Of a stretch of DNA of 64,000 nt, positions 57,769 to 64,000 are shown piece by piece. Numbering within the stretch: the stretch's first letter is position 1; the number at the start of each line of letters is the position of its first letter. The position numbers and the translations under genes were made by a program. The notes below the pieces were generated by a model, which had not been told where the DNA came from, ran no database searches, and saw nothing but the letters and a program-made list of their open reading frames with translations. The DNA is taken from assembly GCF_009914755.1 (NCBI RefSeq), contig NC_060935.1; one strand, written 5' to 3'. The stretch is from the human T2T-CHM13v2.0 reference genome, Homo sapiens.

Positions 57769-60133
57769 GTAAGTGACTGACAGCATGGCCTCCCCACTCC
57801 TGACCCCACCTGCCCCTCGCTTTGAACCCTGGCTCCTGCCCCTCCGCCTGCGGCTGGGCAGACCCTCTGGCCTCCCTCTTGACCTCATTGCCCGTCTCCA
57901 TTGCTCTGCACACTTGATCTGTGTACGGTTCTTTCCAGAAGCTTCTCCTGCCCCGGCTCTGCCGCCCTGTCCCGGGGTGAGATTCCCACCCTGGGCTTTG
58001 CTCAAGTTCTCCTGGGCTTTCCCGCCTTGCAGTCCTTACAGGCCCTGTTCTGGGCCTCTCCCCAGGCCCCCGGGTCTCCCAAAACACTCAACTCCTCGGC
58101 TTGCAGAGCACCCTAGGTCAGCGGACCCCAAATCCTGCCTCCCTCTTCCCTTTCTCCAAGCTCCACACGGGAATTGCCAGATCGCCTGAAGGCAGCCCAG
58201 ACAGGCTCCCCTCAAAACAAGGTTCAGGTGACCCTGCCTGCCCAAGCCTGTGTCCCCTCCCTCTCCCTGTCCTGTTGTTGTCACCTGTGTCAGCGGTGTC
58301 CCCTGCTGCCTGAGGTGAGCCCTAGCCCTAGATGGGACACTGCAGGCTGACACCTCCCCGTGTCCGCCCCCGCCCCTGTCCCAGGCCTCTACTTTCTCCA
58401 CATCCTTGGTCTGTGCAGCAATGCCTTCTGACTTTCCTCCAAAGGAGGGGACAAGAGGAGGCCTTGGTTCCCTCCTGTAACTCACCTTCCCCTCCACACC
58501 TCACCATCCACCTTAAAAGCCTCCCTGTACTGCCTTCTGCCAGAGGAAGGATGTGAACAGCACGCAGGGCCTATCTGAGCCCCGCGGAGCAGCAAATGGG
58601 GAGAATGGTGCTCTTCTCCCCATGCCAAGGAAAGCTGACTTAGTTCTCAGTCCCTGAGTCGAATACAGCTTCCTCCTCCTGCAGACGCTTGTTTATCGGG
58701 GTCACTCAGAGGACCCCCAGAGTCAGGCTTTAAGAAACAGACACGGGGATGACAGAGCCGCCTGAGGCCGCGTGCGGATCGGTCCAGGCTGTTCACCACA
58801 GAGCCTGCTGGTCTCTGTGCGGCCCTCTCATCCTCTCCCTGCCCATGGAGTGGCCTGACCTGCCTGAGGGTCGGCTGATTTCCTCAACCCTTTGCAACCC
58901 TGAGCTCTGCCACTCAGAGGGCACCTCATCTTTGTGTGCTACGGGCCCAAAACAAAGGCAGAACTGGTCAATGAGAACATTTATCTGTGTTGCTTTGGAA
59001 TATTGAAAATCTATTTGTCAAGAAGAGTTTGACCCCTAATTAGAAAACAAACTCATTTTCGCCATCAATTTTACGGCCCTGTTCAGCTGTAGCTAGACGA
59101 GTTGTTTGTCAAAATACTTAAAAATGTGCCTTTGATTTCTAGGATCTGCTAGAAATGCAGCAAAAGCAATGTTTTTGCACCAGCTGCTGCTGAACGCAGT
59201 GTGGCCGTGGCTGAGGGTGCATCAGTGACATGAGGCGACCTATGATTCCTCTATAAATTTAGCACCAAGAACGGCATCTCTGGAAATACGCGTTAATTCT
59301 CCTTTGTCTGGCCTTGTAGATGGCACAGTCCACCCAGGCCAACCAGCTGGAAACACAGAGGCGTCCTCACCCTCGTCCCCATCTCTCATTTCCATTTCCT
59401 TTCCTGCACAGCCCCAAATCCAGCCCTCCTCTTCACCCCACGCCTCTTGGTTTACAGCCTTCATCGTTTCTTCCCTGGAATTCTGGGATCTCTGTGCTTG
59501 CAATCACAGTTCCTCCATTTTCGCACCACGAAACACACCCACACACACACGGGAACGCACACACGCTCCTGCACCCCCCACCCCCATCCTGTCTCCCTCT
59601 GTGACCCTCTCGCTCCCTCTGTCTCTCTCCTTCTCTCTCTCTGGCTCCAGTCCATCTTGCACACAGCTGCCAGAGTGAAAATAAAAATCAGATTCAGTCA
59701 CAACTTAAACTCTTCAGCGTCCCCCATGCTTTCAGGGACATGAGGACCCAGCTCCTGTTGTCTGCCAGGGAGTCACCCAGTTTGATGCCAGCTCAGTGCC
59801 AGCTCAGATGCCAGCTCCTCTGGACCCAGGCGCAACCCCTGCAACAGGGCAGGTTCTGGGCCTCTCCCCCACTTCAGGAGCCACACCTCCCTTTCTCCCA
59901 CCCACCCTGTGCAAACCCTCACATTCCCTTTGACCCTGGTGTGAGCGGCCAAGCTCTTACCTCAGCTGGGTGGAGAATCGCTCCCTCTGCTCTGGTGTCT
60001 GTCCCTGGGCTCTATTTCACAGTCGAGTTGCGTGTGTGTGTTGGCTACAGGCAGCCCTGTGTCCTTCTTTGGGTGTGGGGAGGGCGTGCATGACAGTCAC
60101 ACCCAGAGGCTTTCCTCTCTGATCTGCAAACAG

Positions 60134-60220
60134 ATGCCGTTGGCAACCACAGGTCATTCAGCGACAAGAATGGCCTCACCAGCAAGCGGGAGCTGCGGCC
60201 CGAAGATGACATGAAACCAG
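60134..60220 (+). CDS. GAL: GAL exon 4 ([23 protein letters not shown] start [10 protein letters not shown])
   Basis: cag| acceptor, |gtgag donor; 87 nt; phase matches exon 3. Confidence 0.97.
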
Positions 60221-60375
60221 GTGAGAGGACTCCTATCCCGGGCCCCGGGGCACCTCACTTCCACCAGCTCCCAGGTGCATGCAGGGGACAGCTGTGGGTG
60301 TCGGGGCTGTCCACAGCTGCAGCCCAAGCCTGGCCATGACTTGACTAAGACGATGTGGCCTCGCCACACCTGTCA

Positions 60376-60775
<400 letters not shown>

Positions 60776-60968
60776 CGAGGCCTCGAACTGGATATCTCCC
60801 CAACTCCCTCACATTGAACAAGGGCCTTGGAAAGCACAGCAGGGCCTCAGGCTGCTGGGATCAGATCATTGACCTTGCAGCGCCCAGCTCCTCTGTAGGG
60901 AGGGGGATGACCTGAGACACTGAAGCACCCTCTGCACAAGTCGTGAATGTTGATCTTTTCTCTTCTAG

Positions 60969-61046
60969 GAAGCTTTGACAGGTCCATACCTGAAAACAAT
61001 ATCATGCGCACAATCATTGAGTTTCTGTCTTTCTTGCATCTCAAAG
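60969..61046 (+). CDS. GAL: GAL exon 5 (GMAP: GSFDRSIPENNIMRTIIEFLSFLHLK)
   Basis: tag| acceptor, |gtatgt donor; 78 nt; in phase. Confidence 0.96.
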
Positions 61047-61415
61047 GTATGTGAAATATCATCAACTTAACATTCATCTCTTAGTACACTGGAAACGTAA
61101 AAGGCCCATCGAGAAGAGAACCCATAGAATCCCCCTGGGAAGTAGCCGATTACTTATCTACGTACAAAGTCCTGTTTGGCTGTGTGTCGGGATAACAGAG
61201 AATGTAACACTAGAGCTAGCTCCAGAGGGCTGGGATTGCGGCAGGGGCATTCTACCGTCGTGGAGGGCCATCGGGCCAGCGCTGGTCCCAGGAAGAGAGT
61301 GGGCCTCAGGGTGCAGCTCATTCTACTGGAACCATATCTATTCACACGGTGACAACTGCTGTACCTTTTAGGGCAGAGGTATACTACAGGCCAAGTTCTT
61401 TGTGAACCGTCCTAA

Positions 61416-61817
<402 letters not shown>

Positions 61818-62085
61818 TAAACCATATTTTCTAAGCATGGGAAATTAATAGAAGCCCATATCTTAGACTGCAGTGTTTCTCTATGCAGCCTTCCTGCCAG
61901 GCAGGCTGCCTTGAAATCTAACTGGAAAGGCTCTGATCCTGGCTTCCAGTGTCTTCTGCAAACACTGGGGATGAGGAGACCTCCGCACACTACGCTTGGC
62001 ATTCATTCTACGATGGGCATCTGGCCTTGATCAGATAACCACACAGGTCCTACTGCAGCAGTGGAGGGAGCCGGAAAGCGGCCCC

Positions 62086-62410
62086 GGTGCTCTGAGGGTT
62101 AACAGGGAGGTGGTGGTGGGGAGGAGGGATGGACCGCTTTGCCTCTCCAGCAGAGAAGACCTTCACCTGGTGCTCTGAGAGTTAAGGGGGAGGCAGTGGT
62201 GGGGAGGAGGGATAGACCGCTTTGCCTCTCCAGCAGAGAAGACCTTCACCTGGTGCTCTGAGAGTTAAGGGGGAGGTGGTGGAGGGGAGGAGGGATGGAC
62301 CACTTAGCCTCTCCAGTGGAGAAGACCTTCACCTGCTGCTCTGAGAGTTAACAGGGAGCTGGTGGTGGGGAGGAGGGATGGACCGTTAGCCTCTCCAGTG
62401 GAGACCTTCA
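62086..62410 (+). repeat. 83-bp tandem repeat, ~3.9 copies, GAL intron 5
   Basis: Unit starts G(G/C)TGCTCTGAG at 62086, 62169, 62252 and 62335. Confidence 0.92.
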
Positions 62411-63036
62411 GTTGCACATCACAGTTTTGTCCAGTTTTGAAAAATCAAGGCTAATCCTTGGGTTCATTTTGGATCAGGATGTTTTTCATTTGCAGTGTTA
62501 TCGGGCTGCACTTTAGGTGGCGATGGGGAGAGGGAAGAGGAGTGAGGGGAGGGGAGCGGGGGAAGGAGACTGCCAGAGAAGGTCTTGGAAAAGGCGGTGT
62601 TCATTAGAAATCTCAAAACCGAGTCACCAAGTTCCCTCTGTTGGAGCCCAGTGGAGCCTCTGGGAGAAAAGCTGGGGTGACTTTTCCTACAAGGGGCAGA
62701 GGGACTCTGCTAGATTTTTGTTTTTCATTTGTTTTTAATTTTGTAACATGGAAACTCTTTCCTTAGGATATACCAGCTCTCATTACTCAGCTAGGAATTA
62801 TACCTCTTTAAAGCCTGAATTTAAAAGTCTGACAGTTTTAAATGCTTACTAACTGTGGGAGTTAAATCATTACGAAGTGAGGAATACAGAGTGTTGTCCC
62901 TGATTCTGGGTTTAATCTGGTAAGAATCTTTACAGAGGACGACCACACGCCGCTTCCTGTAGCATGTGTCGTGGTTGTAATTCTCTCATGTGCATATTAA
63001 GAAGTTGCTGCTCAGATGTGGCTCTTCCCTTTGCAG

Positions 63037-63107
63037 AGGCCGGTGCCCTCGACCGCCTCCTGGATCTCCCCGCCGCAGCCTCCTCAGAAGACATCGAGCG
63101 GTCCTGA
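63037..63107 (+). CDS. GAL: GAL exon 6 coding part (EAGALDRLLDLPAAASSEDIERS-stop)
   Basis: cag| acceptor; TGA at 63105-63107; exon sum 81+55+87+78+71=372 nt = 123 aa plus stop. Confidence 0.96.
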
Positions 63108-63277
63108 GAGCCTCCTGGGCATGTTTGTCTGTGTGCTGTAACCTGAAGTCAAACCTTAAGATAATGGATAATCTTCGGCCAATTTATGCAGAGTCAGCCA
63201 TTCCTGTTCTCTTTGCCTTGATGTTGTGTTGTTATCATTTAAGATTTTTTTTTTTTGGTAATTATTTTGAGTGGCAA

Positions 63278-63283
63278 AATAAA
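63278..63283 (+). terminator. GAL: GAL polyadenylation signal AATAAA
   Basis: ~170 nt after the stop, followed by a U/GU-rich stretch (ttgtctttttc). Confidence 0.85.
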
Positions 63284-63823
63284 GAATAGCAATTACTTGC
63301 AATTGTCTTTTTCTTCCACACCTCTGTCTCATCACCAGCGCCACCCATGGGTTTTAAAAGATAAAGCTTGATCATAATCGTGGATTAGACATGAATTTTA
63401 AACCCAAATTCTACCGTCAAGAGCATCTGAGACACCACCTGTTATTGCATGTCCAGGGGACATAAATTTATCTCCATATTAAGCTGAGTCAAATGTAATT
63501 ATGAAGGTAAGTCTGTTACTGAGATGAACAAAAACACAAAACAGACAAAACCCCTGCCCTCGTGGAGCTGATATTTTAGGGAGATGGGAATGAAAAAGAC
63601 TACAACAACCTTAAACAGATGGGTGAGTTGCGTGGTACTCATGGAGGTGGTCAGTGCTGAGAACAGACGTGTTGGCCAGGTGGGAGGGCCAGGAGCAAGG
63701 CAGGAGAGGAGAGATGGGCGGGCAGGTAGAAAGGCAAGGGCAGGAGGTGTGTGCAGGGATGGTGCTGTGTGAAGGAAGGCCTGTGGGAATATCTCTTAAC
63801 GTGACAGAGACTGAGTCTTTTGA

Positions 63824-64000
<177 letters not shown>

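Noticed and set aside
62086-62410. CRISPR-like repeat-spacer array (the 39-kb array was also considered)
   Set aside because: Units are contiguous with no unique spacers, the context is eukaryotic, and there are no cas genes.

Overview
Primate genomic DNA, human or a very close ape. The mature peptide encoded is identical to human 30-aa galanin, which places the window at the GAL locus (11q13 from prior knowledge). The one real protein-coding gene is GAL on the + strand: TATA/CRE-like CpG-island promoter at ~56.6 kb, non-coding exon 1, and five coding exons at 57044-63107 giving a 123-aa preprogalanin (galanin plus GMAP), with AATAAA at 63278. The first 10.3 kb holds two tandem, same-strand HERV-H proviruses. 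Provirus A is a 3' half carrying a nearly full-length env destroyed largely by G-to-A changes in GG/GA contexts (APOBEC3-like). Provirus B is a complete 5.66-kb env-deleted element inserted into an Alu (5-bp TSD GTGGT), with LTRs differing by one 50-bp repeat unit. Both appear to lie within an older ERVL-like remnant. The intergenic part has a ~1.5-kb polypurine GGAA/GAAA tract, an 18-bp G-rich minisatellite with an orphan inverted copy ~3.3 kb away, an internal L1 fragment with an in-frame RT-core deletion, many Alus, LTRs and DNA transposons, and a few homeobox-motif-rich islands. Most long ORFs in the supplied track are artefacts of repeats or GC-rich DNA. Repeat subfamily names and most repeat boundaries were assigned by eye and are approximate.
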